Source of the DNA: a bacterium
Lineage (GTDB): Bacteria; Electryoneota; Electryoneia; Electryoneales; Electryoneaceae
NCBI GenBank assembly: GCA_963669175.1
Contig: OY769902.1
Span: forward strand, 736,001-800,000
Reading direction: 5' to 3'
DNA: 64,000 nucleotides
Translations under genes and position numbers: made by a program
Shown: piece after piece, positions 19,331 to 29,499 of the stretch
Numbering within the stretch: the stretch's first letter is position 1
Layout of the letters: each line of letters opens with the position of its first letter
The notes under the pieces: model-generated
Seen by the model: the letters and a program-made list of their open reading frames with translations, nothing else
What the model was told of the DNA's origin: nothing
Database searches by the model: none

Positions 19331-21187
19331 ATGATTGAAGTATTGGTAATAGGAGGCGGCCACGCCGGGGTAGAAGCGGCCGCAGCAGCAGCACGCGTTG
19401 GGGTTGACGTCACCCTGATGACGCAGGATCGTCATGCCCTCGCGCGCCTCTCATGTAATCCCGCCATGGGTGGCACCGCCAAAGGACAACTCATCAAGGA
19501 AATTGATGCGCTCGGTGGTGTCATGCCTCTCGCGACCGATCTCTCCGCGATTCAGTACCGCATGTTGAACCGTTCCAAAGGCCCCGCCGTCTGGTCGCCA
19601 CGCGCCCAGGTTGACCGCGATCTCTATACAACCGAACTCACACGTCTGATTCACGACCGCTACCCGGACATGGCTATCCTTGAAGATGAAGCAGTCGCTA
19701 TAAAAAAGAATGATGACGGCAGCTTTGTCGTGTCTGGTAAAAGCGGAAGCATCGTTCAAGCCAGCAAGGTTATTGTCTGTTCCGGCACTTTCCTTGGCGG
19801 GCTGGTGCATATTGGCCGACGGCACTGGGAATCCGGACGCTATATCGAAGAAGCCTCCACTGAATTAACCAATTCCCTTGAAAAACTGGGATTTCCGATC
19901 CGCAGGTTCAAGACCGGCACACCGCCACGTATTATCCGTGACACCATCGATTTCAGCCGCCTGGAACGTCAGGATGGTGACGAAGATCTCTGGTTTTTCA
20001 GTCACGAATCGACAGAACGTGTGTTGCCGCAATATCCCTGCTGGCGAGCCTACTCCAGCCCGGAAACACACGCCCTGGTCGCAGGAAATCTTGAAGATTC
20101 TCCCCTGTTCAACGGAACGATAAAATCCATCGGACCACGCTACTGCCCATCATTCGAGGATAAAATTGTCCGATTCCCGGACCGGGACAGGCATCCTTTG
20201 ATTCTGGAGCCTGAAGGGTTAGACGACAACTGGTATTACCTCAATGGTTTTTCCTCGAGTTTGCCGGAAGAAGTACAGCTTGCTGCCATTAGAACCGTTC
20301 CCGGGCTTGAAGAAATTCGTTTTGGTCGTCCCGGTTATGCCATTGAATATGACATGGTTCCACCGGAAGAGTTGAAACGTACACTTGAAACACGTCGTAT
20401 CCCCGGTCTGTATCTTGCCGGGCAGATCAACGGCACTTCCGGGTACGAAGAAGCTGGTGTTCAGGGATTGGTTGCGGGCGCAAATGCCGCGTTAACCTTT
20501 CGGAAACAGCCAATGTTGACCTTGGGGCGCGAAGATTCTTACACCGGTGTTTTGATTGACGATTTGCTGACCACCCACCCGGACGAACCCTATCGCATGT
20601 TCACCAGCCGCGCCGAGTTCAGGCTGTTATTGCGCCAGGATAACGCTGATGAACGACTTGGCGAAAAGGCTTTTGCTGCCGGTTTGATTTCAGAAGAACG
20701 GATTGAAGGAATACGGAAACGTGTTTCAGATCGCGATGCCTGGGTGGATATGTTGCGGACTCTGAATATCGCGCGAGGACAAATCCTGGAGAATGATCCA
20801 GAGCCGGAGCGTGTGGAAAAGGCTTATCACCTGGTGAAACGTCCGGATGTTACCCTGGCAATGGTTCTGGATCAGGTTAATGGCGAGAGCGCTTCGCTTT
20901 CCTCGGAACCTTCCGTACTACGCGCTGTAGAAATTGAGATTGTCTACCAGGGATATTTGGATCGTCAGCGTCGTGAAGTAGAACGGCTTCGGGCTCAAGA
21001 GAACAGAAGTATTCCCCCATATCTGGATTTCAACACGCTTCCGGGATTATCAGCGGAAGCACGTGGCAAGTTGTTAAAACACCAGCCTGAGACTATCGGA
21101 CAGGCTTCACGATTGGCTGGAGTAACGCCATCCGATATTGCTTTGATCCTGGTTGCATTGAAGAAGTTGGAAAAGGAGAACGTGTAG
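19331..21187 (+). CDS. mnmG: tRNA uridine 5-carboxymethylaminomethyl modification enzyme MnmG (GidA)
   Basis: GGGHAG, SCNPAMGG, GPRYCPSFEDK, GQINGTSGYEEA, YRMFTSRAEFRL. Start set at ATG 19331. Confidence 0.97.
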   Translation: MIEVLVIGGGHAGVEAAAAAARVGVDVTLMTQDRHALARLSCNPAMGGTAKGQLIKEIDALGGVMPLATDLSAIQYRMLNRSKGPAVWSPRAQVDRDLYTTELTRLIHDRYPDMAILEDEAVAIKKNDDGSFVVSGKSGSIVQASKVIVCSGTFLGGLVHIGRRHWESGRYIEEASTELTNSLEKLGFPIRRFKTGTPPRIIRDTIDFSRLERQDGDEDLWFFSHESTERVLPQYPCWRAYSSPETHALVAGNLEDSPLFNGTIKSIGPRYCPSFEDKIVRFPDRDRHPLILEPEGLDDNWYYLNGFSSSLPEEVQLAAIRTVPGLEEIRFGRPGYAIEYDMVPPEELKRTLETRRIPGLYLAGQINGTSGYEEAGVQGLVAGANAALTFRKQPMLTLGREDSYTGVLIDDLLTTHPDEPYRMFTSRAEFRLLLRQDNADERLGEKAFAAGLISEERIEGIRKRVSDRDAWVDMLRTLNIARGQILENDPEPERVEKAYHLVKRPDVTLAMVLDQVNGESASLSSEPSVLRAVEIEIVYQGYLDRQRREVERLRAQENRSIPPYLDFNTLPGLSAEARGKLLKHQPETIGQASRLAGVTPSDIALILVALKKLEKENV

Positions 21188-22086
21188 TGGCTTACAATAA
21201 ACCGTCTGATCGCAAATCTCGCCCCCAGCGGTCGAGGGACGGAAAAGACGGCAGACGTCGTCCCAACAAAAATGATAAAGGCGGAAAGCCTTTTCATAGT
21301 GGGACCGGCAAAGGCGTAAACGGTCCCAAACCGGAGCGAAAAGAGAACAAACCAGTTCAGGGAACCGTTGCGCCGGTGAAGAAGCGACTTGTACGTAAGG
21401 GTGGCGCAGCTCCTACGGATCCTATTCTTGAGTTGTTCCATACACCGGACCCAACACTTGATATGGAGACGATCACTACCCTGGTTCGGGAAGCAGGTGT
21501 CGAAGAGGTTGAAGAGCTACCCGAAAAGTATCTGAAGTATATTTCTCTCATTATCGAAATGAACGAGGAAATCAACCTGGTTTCACGTGCACGAACACAG
21601 TATGCAGCTCTTTTATCGCTTCTGGACAGTCTGACCGGTGCAATCAAGACAAGCCATCTGATGAACGAAGCCAGTCTATTGGACTTGGGCAGTGGTGGTG
21701 GTTTTCCCGGGATCGTATGCAAACTTTACGCGCCCGGTCTACATGTAACCTTACTGGATGCGCGCCGGGCAAAAGCGTTAGCCTTGAAACAAATATGTAC
21801 AGAGCTTGGGCTGGATGATGTTGTCGTTGCTCATGATCGCGCAGAGACTTTCCCGGACCATGAGGAAAGCAGGTTTGATCTTGTGACAATCCGTGGGGTT
21901 GGTTCTCTGAAAGAGACTTTGCCTATGGCCAGGCCACTCTTAAAACCTGAAGGAACAATCCTGGCCTGGAAGGGGCCGGAGGGGTTGCGTGAATTTCAGG
22001 ACGGACCACAGGAAGAATTTGACCTGATAAAACGTCATCATCTCACTTCGATCCGAAGCCTGTATGAGATCAAACTGAAAAGTTAG
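21187..22086 (+). CDS. rsmG: 16S rRNA m7G527 methyltransferase RsmG (GidB) with a basic N-terminal extension
   Basis: INLVSR, LDLGSGGGFPG SAM motif, RAE, WKG. Follows mnmG. Confidence 0.9.
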   Translation: MAYNKPSDRKSRPQRSRDGKDGRRRPNKNDKGGKPFHSGTGKGVNGPKPERKENKPVQGTVAPVKKRLVRKGGAAPTDPILELFHTPDPTLDMETITTLVREAGVEEVEELPEKYLKYISLIIEMNEEINLVSRARTQYAALLSLLDSLTGAIKTSHLMNEASLLDLGSGGGFPGIVCKLYAPGLHVTLLDARRAKALALKQICTELGLDDVVVAHDRAETFPDHEESRFDLVTIRGVGSLKETLPMARPLLKPEGTILAWKGPEGLREFQDGPQEEFDLIKRHHLTSIRSLYEIKLKS

Positions 22087-22088
22087 AG

Positions 22089-22104
22089 TGTTTCACGTGA
22101 AACG
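22089..22104. promoter_or_regulatory. parS site (15/16 match)
   Basis: TGTTTCACGTGAAACG just after the rsmG stop. Confidence 0.8.
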
Positions 22105-22118
22105 CTCGCAAGTATAGA

Positions 22119-22367
22119 TTATTCCATGCCGGGGTTGATTCCATCCTCGGTTTTTTCTTGGTATAACCTGTCATCGTGAGGGTAATGAGGTTCGTAATCG
22201 TCTTCCAGAATCCTGGCCACAATCGTTGAAATCAGAGCCACTACAATGGAAATCACCACCACCAGCATAAAGCGCTTTGTGTCTGTGCTGATCTTTGACC
22301 ACCAGCTTTTCTTCTTTCTAGTCTTTCTTCTTTGTCGGTACGTACTTTTGCTGCTTGGGCGTGGCAT
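22119..22367 (-). CDS. Small single-TM hypothetical protein
   Basis: 82 aa: basic N-terminus, one TM helix, acidic tail. GGAGA RBS. Last gene of the minus-strand run. Confidence 0.6.
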   Translation of the reverse strand: MPRPSSKSTYRQRRKTRKKKSWWSKISTDTKRFMLVVVISIVVALISTIVARILEDDYEPHYPHDDRLYQEKTEDGINPGME

Positions 22368-23853
22368 TCAGGATTCTCCCGGTCAAGAACGAAATCTGAT
22401 GAGGCTGGATTGGTTGCTCTTCCTCCAGCTCATCGTCGCCACGTTTTTTACGTTCTTCCGCTTCCAGAAGTTCCGGCAACGCAACGACAAGCGCTAACAG
22501 AAACCAGAATGGTTCCATGACACGCACAATTATAAATGTATTAGCTCCAACCGCGTGGAGCAACAGCCCCCAATACCCTGCGATGAACCCCATGATCATG
22601 CCATGATATAGCGGATATTTTTTGTAGGTTACCATATCAAGGCTGCGTTTCGCCGTTCGGTGGATGGAAATAAGGAGACCAAAGAAGAAGAGAAACCCTA
22701 TGGCTCCTGTCTCGGCCAGTACGCGGAAATACTGGGCATCTTTGAAGCCGACACCGGTAACCCCCCACCCGAAGAAAGGACGTTCCGACCATTGCGCCAG
22801 TGTTGTGGACCAGGATTGGATACGTTCCGATGTAGAAGGGTCCAGTGATGTGTCCCCTACTTTTACAACGTCATCGCGTATCTGGTTTTCCGGTGAAAAA
22901 GTGTACTCAACGCGATTCCAGACTGATTCCGGCATGATGATCGGGAGGAAAAGCATGGCCACCATACACAGCGCAATGATCGTCTTGCGTTTTTCCGAAT
23001 AGTAAATCAAGCCGACTATGGCAGGAAACAACGACATCCAGGAAGATCTGGACAGTGTATAGGCGAATGGGATAAGCATTATAAATACGGCGGCGGCCAT
23101 CTGGAAAAGCCGTTTTGCGCGTTTCTGCCCGGTCATCATCCCCATTACGACAGCCATGATTAATACCAGGTACCCGCCAAGCGTGTTGGCCTCTCCCCCC
23201 TCCCCTTCGAATGGTGCGGACACACGAACCCCGCTGGGAATCTGGCTCATTGCATACAGGCTGACTATAATTGCTGTTACAATAATTAACTTAACATATC
23301 TTCGCAATGTTTCCATATCTGTTACGTGTGATATAACCATAAAGTAAATTAAATAGTATTGAAAATATTTAACATTATATAAGATACCTATTAAAGGCTT
23401 TACATCACCAAAAAATACGCCTAGAATGGTAGAAAAGAGGCTGGCGCCTATATACAGGAAGATTGGACGATTAAGAGGCGAATGCCTGAATATTCCCAAA
23501 TCTTTATTCACAGCCGTTTTTATCAGCCATGAAAACATGATCAATCCCAGCATCAGGTCATCAATACGAACGACAACCCCGCGATGCGACATCTGCCCCT
23601 GCCCCCCGGCGGAACCAACATTGAATTCCGGGGACAACAACATGGAGAGGATTAGAATAATCAGGGCAAAATCGGTATTCAGGAAGGCGAACAGAAAAAT
23701 TCCCATCCCGAGCACAACCATGATCGCCAGGCCTTCACTCATACCTACAAGGCTGCTGACTCCAAAGGCGAGCACCATCAAGACGAGGAAACCAGCTATG
23801 GCAACCAGACGTGTGTTTGGTCCGGAGATGGTATCACTGCCTGGCAACGGCAT
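22318..23853 (-). CDS. O-antigen ligase/polymerase (Wzy_C) family protein
   Basis: About 11-12 TM segments. EANTLGGYL, TLSRSSW, RPFFGWG, YFRVLAETGAIG. Confidence 0.85.
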   Translation of the reverse strand: MPLPGSDTISGPNTRLVAIAGFLVLMVLAFGVSSLVGMSEGLAIMVVLGMGIFLFAFLNTDFALIILILSMLLSPEFNVGSAGGQGQMSHRGVVVRIDDLMLGLIMFSWLIKTAVNKDLGIFRHSPLNRPIFLYIGASLFSTILGVFFGDVKPLIGILYNVKYFQYYLIYFMVISHVTDMETLRRYVKLIIVTAIIVSLYAMSQIPSGVRVSAPFEGEGGEANTLGGYLVLIMAVVMGMMTGQKRAKRLFQMAAAVFIMLIPFAYTLSRSSWMSLFPAIVGLIYYSEKRKTIIALCMVAMLFLPIIMPESVWNRVEYTFSPENQIRDDVVKVGDTSLDPSTSERIQSWSTTLAQWSERPFFGWGVTGVGFKDAQYFRVLAETGAIGFLFFFGLLISIHRTAKRSLDMVTYKKYPLYHGMIMGFIAGYWGLLLHAVGANTFIIVRVMEPFWFLLALVVALPELLEAEERKKRGDDELEEEQPIQPHQISFLTGRILNATPKQQKYVPTKKKD

Positions 23854-23858
23854 GATGA

Positions 23859-26180
23859 TTATCCCCTGCGACGGCGCTTACGGCCGCCACCAAGACCTTT
23901 GATACGATCCAGGAGGGTACCTTTACGACGTGATCCTTCACCAACAATCTCGTCCTGACGGCGATCGGTGGAACCGTAATAACGTCCGTAGTAGTAGTGG
24001 GAACCGGAGTATCCGGCGATATTAGCTTTCAGGTCGTTTAACACAATGCCCAGCACTGTTGCGCCAACCGCTTCCAACTGCACCTTGGCACGCTTCAGTG
24101 CGGCGCGTGGCACTTTCCCGGTACGATAGATCAACACTGTCGCATCGGCACGGTTAGCCAGGATGGACGAGTCTGTTACCGGCAATACCGGCGGGCAGTC
24201 AAGCAATACCAGGTCATATTCTTCGCGGGCTTCATCCAGGAACGCTTTCATCCGTTTCGAACCAAGCATTTCCGCCGGGTTGGGCGGAATACCACCACTG
24301 GTAATGATGTGCAGGTTTTCCATGCCCGGGGTCATCAGGATTGAATCCATCCCAAGACCGCCGATCAGCATATCCGTCACACCTTTAACCGTATCATGCC
24401 AGTCCATACGCCCCAGCACGATATCCGTCACACCATTTTCCTGTTCCAGCCCGAATGTTTTGTAAATCGTCGGACGACGCAGGTTGCATCCTACAAGCAG
24501 GATCTTTACACCGTCCTGGGCGAGCGTAAGGGCCAGGTTGACCAGTGTGGTCGATTTACCTTCCTGCAGGGCCGCAGAAGTCGCTACAATCGTCCTGATG
24601 GGACGATTAATGGAACGGAACTGCAATGTAGTACGCAACGTCCTGTAGGCTTCGGCAACCGGGTCTTTGGGCGCAAACTGCACAACGAGACGCGCAATGG
24701 ATTCCAGGTGCGGATTCTCTTCCATTGCCGGGTTGCTTCTCAGCAGACGGTCAATCACAGAATCAATATCAATATTGGGAATGACACCCAGTACAGGCAC
24801 CTGCAGGTATTCTTCCACATCTTCAATCGTACCGATGGATGTGTCGAAGGTTTCAAAAAGCAGTGCAAGCACAAGACCCAGCATCAAGCCGATCACGATA
24901 CCAACGCCCAGTGTACGGCCCATATTGATGTTGATCGGCTTTTCACTAAGCATGGCTGGACGCACGATCACAACTTCTTCGGCCTGGTCAGCTTCCCTGA
25001 TCCTGGCTTCCAGCAATTTTTCACTCAGGAAATCGTATTGCTCCGCACGCAGGTCAACTGTACGCACCAGTTGCACATACCGCCGTTGCGTCTCCGGAAC
25101 CTTATCCAGAATACTCTCCTTCATGTTGATATAATCCTGCAGAGAATCCATCTGCATGACATACACATCAAGGTTGCCACGGACTTCATGCCTTAGGTCG
25201 GCCAGAAGCCTTTCGATACGTTTTTCCAGTTCCACCAGGAGCGGGTAATCCGGCTTGTAGCGTTCCAGCATATTCCGTTTCTGGATCTCAAGCTGAATCA
25301 ATTCATTGTTAAGAATGCCAAGCGGTCCATCACCCTGTGGTGTACTGATCCAGGTCAAGGTTATGGTATCGCCTGCGCTGATTACAACACGTGGCGGTAC
25401 GCTTGATGTATCACTCCACATCATCGGTTCGATGACCGGTTTCCCGAGACGCAGATCGATCTGGTCCAATTGTATCTGGAGTTCTTTGATATCGGCTTCA
25501 ATGATCCGCTCTTCTTCTTTGAGCTGGATCAATTCTTCCATGCGGATACGAACATGCTCATCAACAACGGGGTAAGGATTCTGTTCCCGGAACCATTTTA
25601 GAGCAAGTTCGGCGTTCTGTAGCAGTGAATCGGAATGGTTTACCTGGCGTTCGATAAAGACACGTGTATCGCGGTCCTGCTTGGCTTTCTGAGCCTTATG
25701 ACGATATACAAATTCTTCCGCCAGGTACTGCGCCATATCTCGCGCTTCACGCGGATCGCTGGATGTCACAAAGATGTCAATGATATTAGTTCGGCCGCTC
25801 CTTTCGGTGCTGACCTTACCTATCATATTATTAATTCTTCGAGATAAGCGTGGATCATTACGCACATCCATGCTTGTCATGGTAGAGTCGACAATATCCA
25901 TTCGTCGCGCAACTGCTTCCATTACGGGGAAGCTGCGTATCAACTCCTCCGCCGTCTCGATATTATCCCAGCGGGAATACGTCAGGCGTTGAAGCAGAAG
26001 TCCGGCAACGGTGCTGGTTTCCTCGATCTTCACCGAAGAAAAAGTAGTGTACAGCGGGATACGTGACTTACCGAAGAAGAAGCTGAACCCGGCAACCAGA
26101 ATCGTAGAAAAGAGGATCACCTTCCATCTGCGACGGAAGATCCTCTGGTAATCACGTAAATTCAGGTCGTATTGCGCCAT
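23859..26180 (-). CDS. wzc: Polysaccharide co-polymerase / BY-kinase (Wzc/GumC family)
   Basis: Wzz-like N-terminus, coiled coil, EAYRTLRT, Walker A QEGKST, LLDCPP, C-terminal Tyr cluster YYYGRYYG. Confidence 0.92.
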   Translation of the reverse strand: MAQYDLNLRDYQRIFRRRWKVILFSTILVAGFSFFFGKSRIPLYTTFSSVKIEETSTVAGLLLQRLTYSRWDNIETAEELIRSFPVMEAVARRMDIVDSTMTSMDVRNDPRLSRRINNMIGKVSTERSGRTNIIDIFVTSSDPREARDMAQYLAEEFVYRHKAQKAKQDRDTRVFIERQVNHSDSLLQNAELALKWFREQNPYPVVDEHVRIRMEELIQLKEEERIIEADIKELQIQLDQIDLRLGKPVIEPMMWSDTSSVPPRVVISAGDTITLTWISTPQGDGPLGILNNELIQLEIQKRNMLERYKPDYPLLVELEKRIERLLADLRHEVRGNLDVYVMQMDSLQDYINMKESILDKVPETQRRYVQLVRTVDLRAEQYDFLSEKLLEARIREADQAEEVVIVRPAMLSEKPININMGRTLGVGIVIGLMLGLVLALLFETFDTSIGTIEDVEEYLQVPVLGVIPNIDIDSVIDRLLRSNPAMEENPHLESIARLVVQFAPKDPVAEAYRTLRTTLQFRSINRPIRTIVATSAALQEGKSTTLVNLALTLAQDGVKILLVGCNLRRPTIYKTFGLEQENGVTDIVLGRMDWHDTVKGVTDMLIGGLGMDSILMTPGMENLHIITSGGIPPNPAEMLGSKRMKAFLDEAREEYDLVLLDCPPVLPVTDSSILANRADATVLIYRTGKVPRAALKRAKVQLEAVGATVLGIVLNDLKANIAGYSGSHYYYGRYYGSTDRRQDEIVGEGSRRKGTLLDRIKGLGGGRKRRRRG

Positions 26181-26198
26181 GGATTTTCTTCTCCAGCG

Positions 26199-27026
26199 CT
26201 ACCGGGTCAACAGAATCGTTAGGGTTACAACTTGCAAAACCAATACGGCCACCTGTGCAATTCGGACAGCCTTCACAAGGAAGGTTTCGCCAACAGGATG
26301 CGCATACACCTGGTCACCATTGATTAACAGGATATCCTGGGACACATCACCCAGGTTATAGTAGGATTCCAGATCGATCAGGATTCGTTCACCTGTATTG
26401 CGAAGCACCCAGATTTCCCGTGTTTCAGCCTCGGGCAACAAGCCACCATGATCAGCAACGAAGTCTGTCAATAACTGGGGACGAGGTAGAGGGTAAATTC
26501 CCTGATGTACAAAAGCCCCCAGAAGTGTCGCATTGTGGGATACGTAATCCATGATACGGACAAGGACAACCGGGGCAATGATATACCGGTCCAGTTTCGT
26601 ACGTATCAGTTGTTCAAGTTCAACCGGAGTTCTTCCTCCGGCAACCACATTTCCAATCAGGGGAACAAAGATGGTGCCGTCATCCTGAACAACAACATCA
26701 ACCGGACGGCCGTCATCTTCAAAATCACGCCTGTCATAAAAAACAAGGCGCAGTTTATCTTTCGGGCCAAGCGGATAATAACGGCTGGCTCGTTCAACAC
26801 TATCCTGTTGCTCGACCACTCTTTCGATGTACTGAATGGCTTGAACGGTATCAGGTGGGACCACCTCGTCAAATTCAAGCTTCCAGTCCATAAAAGTGGT
26901 ATCAATATCGCGGTCCGGTTCCGGGATGTCCGTAATCTGTTCCTGCCCCAGGAGAAGATAAGGCACAGCTAACAGCAATACGAAAACCAGTACGAACTTA
27001 GCCAGTATTTGTTTCGCAGACGCCAT
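26199..27026 (-). CDS. wza: Polysaccharide export protein (Wza/OPX family, SLBB domain)
   Basis: YPLGPKDKLRL, VQDDGTIFVPLIGNVVAGGRT (Poly_export motif), LINGDQVY. Start probably MASAKQ at 27026. Confidence 0.85.
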   Translation of the reverse strand: MASAKQILAKFVLVFVLLLAVPYLLLGQEQITDIPEPDRDIDTTFMDWKLEFDEVVPPDTVQAIQYIERVVEQQDSVERASRYYPLGPKDKLRLVFYDRRDFEDDGRPVDVVVQDDGTIFVPLIGNVVAGGRTPVELEQLIRTKLDRYIIAPVVLVRIMDYVSHNATLLGAFVHQGIYPLPRPQLLTDFVADHGGLLPEAETREIWVLRNTGERILIDLESYYNLGDVSQDILLINGDQVYAHPVGETFLVKAVRIAQVAVLVLQVVTLTILLTR

Positions 27027-27084
27027 CTTCCTCGACAAAGAAATGAAAACATACCCCGATTTGGCATAGAATATAGGCATCTTT

Positions 27085-27975
27085 TTATCTAAAAGCTAGA
27101 AGTTTAGAAAATTTTTCCCTTAATATTTCTGTGCTTGAAACTCTATGCAATACATTACTTAACTGCTGTAAAGCTAAAGTTTTACTGTCTGAATGATAGG
27201 TTAGTTCAAGTACATCTGTCAGGCGTATTCCCTCGTTTCTTATCGTACCATCCCCCAGCCCCTTGCGAAGCAGAACCATGCTCTTGACTTTGGTTTCAGG
27301 AATCCAGTTCAGGGTATCTGATTCAACAGCCGATTTTCCGTCTTTTTCAATATGTGACAAGGAAAACTGGGGATATCTTTCCCAAACATCCTGCATGGCC
27401 CGTGGTGGTTCTCCCATCCCCCAGGCAATGACATCATTGGCCTCTTCCCGCACTTCCAAGAAGACAAGATCATCTGCGAGGTATTCCGCACCGAGGTTCA
27501 GAGCATGAAGTACTGCACTGGTTTTTCCGGCCCCTGATGCCCCTGCAATCAGGATACCTTCACTATTCAGCTCCACCGCAGCAGCATGCATGGCACGTAT
27601 CCCAAACGGAGCCAGGGTAGCAACCAGGGCCGGAGCGATAATCTGGCGTGCGGGGCTGTCTGTTTTACGCCATGCGGATTCACTCAACACAACGCGGACA
27701 AGACGTTCCGGTTCTCGAATTTCTATGACAGGACCAATATGAGGGTGTACAAATAGAATTGTTGAATCATCACGAAAAGCTTCAAAGAGGGCATGATGGA
27801 AAAGAAAGGGCTCCATGTTAGATGTTGATACATCAAGTCGCCCGGTTTCCAGAACCATCTGAATATCAGGGTGAACTGTCTTGGGTTCTTCTATACCTAG
27901 CCGAAGGTTGAAAACAGGTACGCCATGACCACGCAAGATATCAAGGACGACCGCACCTATACGAACACGCTTCAT
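27085..27975 (-). CDS. HPr kinase-related (HprK-like) kinase
   Basis: HAAAVE, Walker A GASGAGKTS and YLADD, the catalytic motifs of the HPrK C-terminal domain. Confidence 0.8.
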   Translation of the reverse strand: MKRVRIGAVVLDILRGHGVPVFNLRLGIEEPKTVHPDIQMVLETGRLDVSTSNMEPFLFHHALFEAFRDDSTILFVHPHIGPVIEIREPERLVRVVLSESAWRKTDSPARQIIAPALVATLAPFGIRAMHAAAVELNSEGILIAGASGAGKTSAVLHALNLGAEYLADDLVFLEVREEANDVIAWGMGEPPRAMQDVWERYPQFSLSHIEKDGKSAVESDTLNWIPETKVKSMVLLRKGLGDGTIRNEGIRLTDVLELTYHSDSKTLALQQLSNVLHRVSSTEILREKFSKLLAFR

Positions 27976-28238
27976 GAACGCTCCACCAGAAAGCTTCTGT
28001 CGAGCAATTCCTTAATAAATCGTTCTATATCGTCAAGCACTACTTCAGTAACATCTATTCCAAGCCGTCGGCATACATTTTCAGCGAGCGCTTCCAGGTT
28101 TTCGGACTTGCCAATATATTGCCATATCAGGTAGGCTGTCCTGTTGACCACTATGTAGGATCCATCATCCTTGAGCAGCAGCAATCCATCATCAACTTCC
28201 TGGATGGCCAGATCCGGATTGGGAACCGGTATAGACAT
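27972..28238 (-). CDS. PqqD-family protein / RiPP recognition element (RRE)
   Basis: 88 aa. VDDGLLLL..., VNRTAYLIWQ, DIERFIKELLDRSFL is the typical PqqD pattern. ATGA overlap with the kinase. Confidence 0.88.
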   Translation of the reverse strand: MSIPVPNPDLAIQEVDDGLLLLKDDGSYIVVNRTAYLIWQYIGKSENLEALAENVCRRLGIDVTEVVLDDIERFIKELLDRSFLVERS

Positions 28239-28256
28239 AAGTATCCATCTCCCCCG

Positions 28257-29396
28257 TTACTTGGAATGCCACAGGACCGAACCCAGTGTTTTCGCACGGT
28301 TTTTCACATACCAGCCCAATGCAGGATCAGGATCATTCGCTTCCTGCAACACGGACACCGGCGGGAAAGCCGTATGCAGAAGATAATGAACCATTCCTTC
28401 CATATCATCCAATAAATCTGCCATTGCCAATACTCTTCTTCCTCCTCCCTGCCGCACCATATGCCCGTGTATCAGGTTACCAGCCGATCTCCTCTGTAGT
28501 GACCACGCGGTCCAGCGATCCATTGCGATATGCTGCAAGGGGTGTGGCTGTCTCCCATACACCATCATGGATAATTCAAGTCCCGTTCGAACTGCGCGGT
28601 ACACTTTCCATTCTCTGCACCTGCGATAAAATGAGTCATTCCGGATGTGTTCTTTCCATTCTTGAAGGGTAAAATGAAGATCGAGCAACCAATCCAGCCT
28701 GAAATAGCCATGACGCACGCTGTGAAGGGCGGCCAGGATCAAATGGTCCTCCCAGTGCGGCACACGCGCTTCTATTCCTTCGGATAACATGACGTGAACT
28801 GCTTTTGCGAACAGATCTTCCGGTGGAATCCAGAATGGTTCCGTGCGATCTACAGGCGCTCGATGAAGATCAACCGTAACCGGACTGGCAGGATGTTTGA
28901 AAACAGCAGCGAACCCATAATGGTCCTGAATCTCATTTGTTCTCTTCCAGTGTACTGTGGGAAGTTGTTGCCATCCGGCATTCTTGAAGGTAGCAGCAAT
29001 CTGCTGAAATTCACCCGGCCTGGTAATCAGATCAATATCACCCGGATTTCGCTGGTAAACTTCCGGATATACTTCCCCGAGCGCGAGACCTTTAAACAGT
29101 AGAACACTATCCGCATTAAAAAGCTTGTAAACGTCCTTCAGGGCGTTGCTGACAAGTTTTCTTCTGGCCTTGCCGGGAATTACCGTCTTATCCAGATAAT
29201 TCATTCCAGATGGCGAAAAACAGGTTTTCCAGTGATTGTTGTGCTTAATCCTGTCGCTTGCCAGCGCCCCGAGGCCATGATGAACCAGTAGACTTGTAAG
29301 CGAATCTGTTTCAGGAAATGGATCCGGAGGGAGATTGCCTGTCAGTAAACGCGCCACCGTATACAGCAATAATCGTTCTTCTTCAGGACTCTTCAT
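28257..29396 (-). CDS. Nucleotidyltransferase family protein (NTP_transf_5-like)
   Basis: LFKGLAL...YP...R..GDIDL, VDLH, H...H...RLDWLLDL. Confidence 0.85.
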   Translation of the reverse strand: MKSPEEERLLLYTVARLLTGNLPPDPFPETDSLTSLLVHHGLGALASDRIKHNNHWKTCFSPSGMNYLDKTVIPGKARRKLVSNALKDVYKLFNADSVLLFKGLALGEVYPEVYQRNPGDIDLITRPGEFQQIAATFKNAGWQQLPTVHWKRTNEIQDHYGFAAVFKHPASPVTVDLHRAPVDRTEPFWIPPEDLFAKAVHVMLSEGIEARVPHWEDHLILAALHSVRHGYFRLDWLLDLHFTLQEWKEHIRNDSFYRRCREWKVYRAVRTGLELSMMVYGRQPHPLQHIAMDRWTAWSLQRRSAGNLIHGHMVRQGGGRRVLAMADLLDDMEGMVHYLLHTAFPPVSVLQEANDPDPALGWYVKNRAKTLGSVLWHSK

Positions 29397-29423
29397 GGCA
29401 ATCCTGCTTACATGCGTAACATG

Positions 29424-29450
29424 AAAAACGCACCTTTACGGCGCGTTTTA
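29424..29450 (-). terminator. Stem-loop after the small peptide gene (partial terminator or stabiliser)
   Basis: Minus strand AAAACGCGCC-GTAAA-GGTGCGTTTTT. Confidence 0.5.
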
Positions 29451-29499
29451 TCGGAAAAGAACTCCTCTTATCCACAATTCTCCTGCTACAGCGTATTTT

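Noticed and set aside
24396-25196. 266-aa plus-strand ORF and similar short overlapping ORFs across the window
   Set aside because: Antisense or alternate-frame shadows of well-supported genes.
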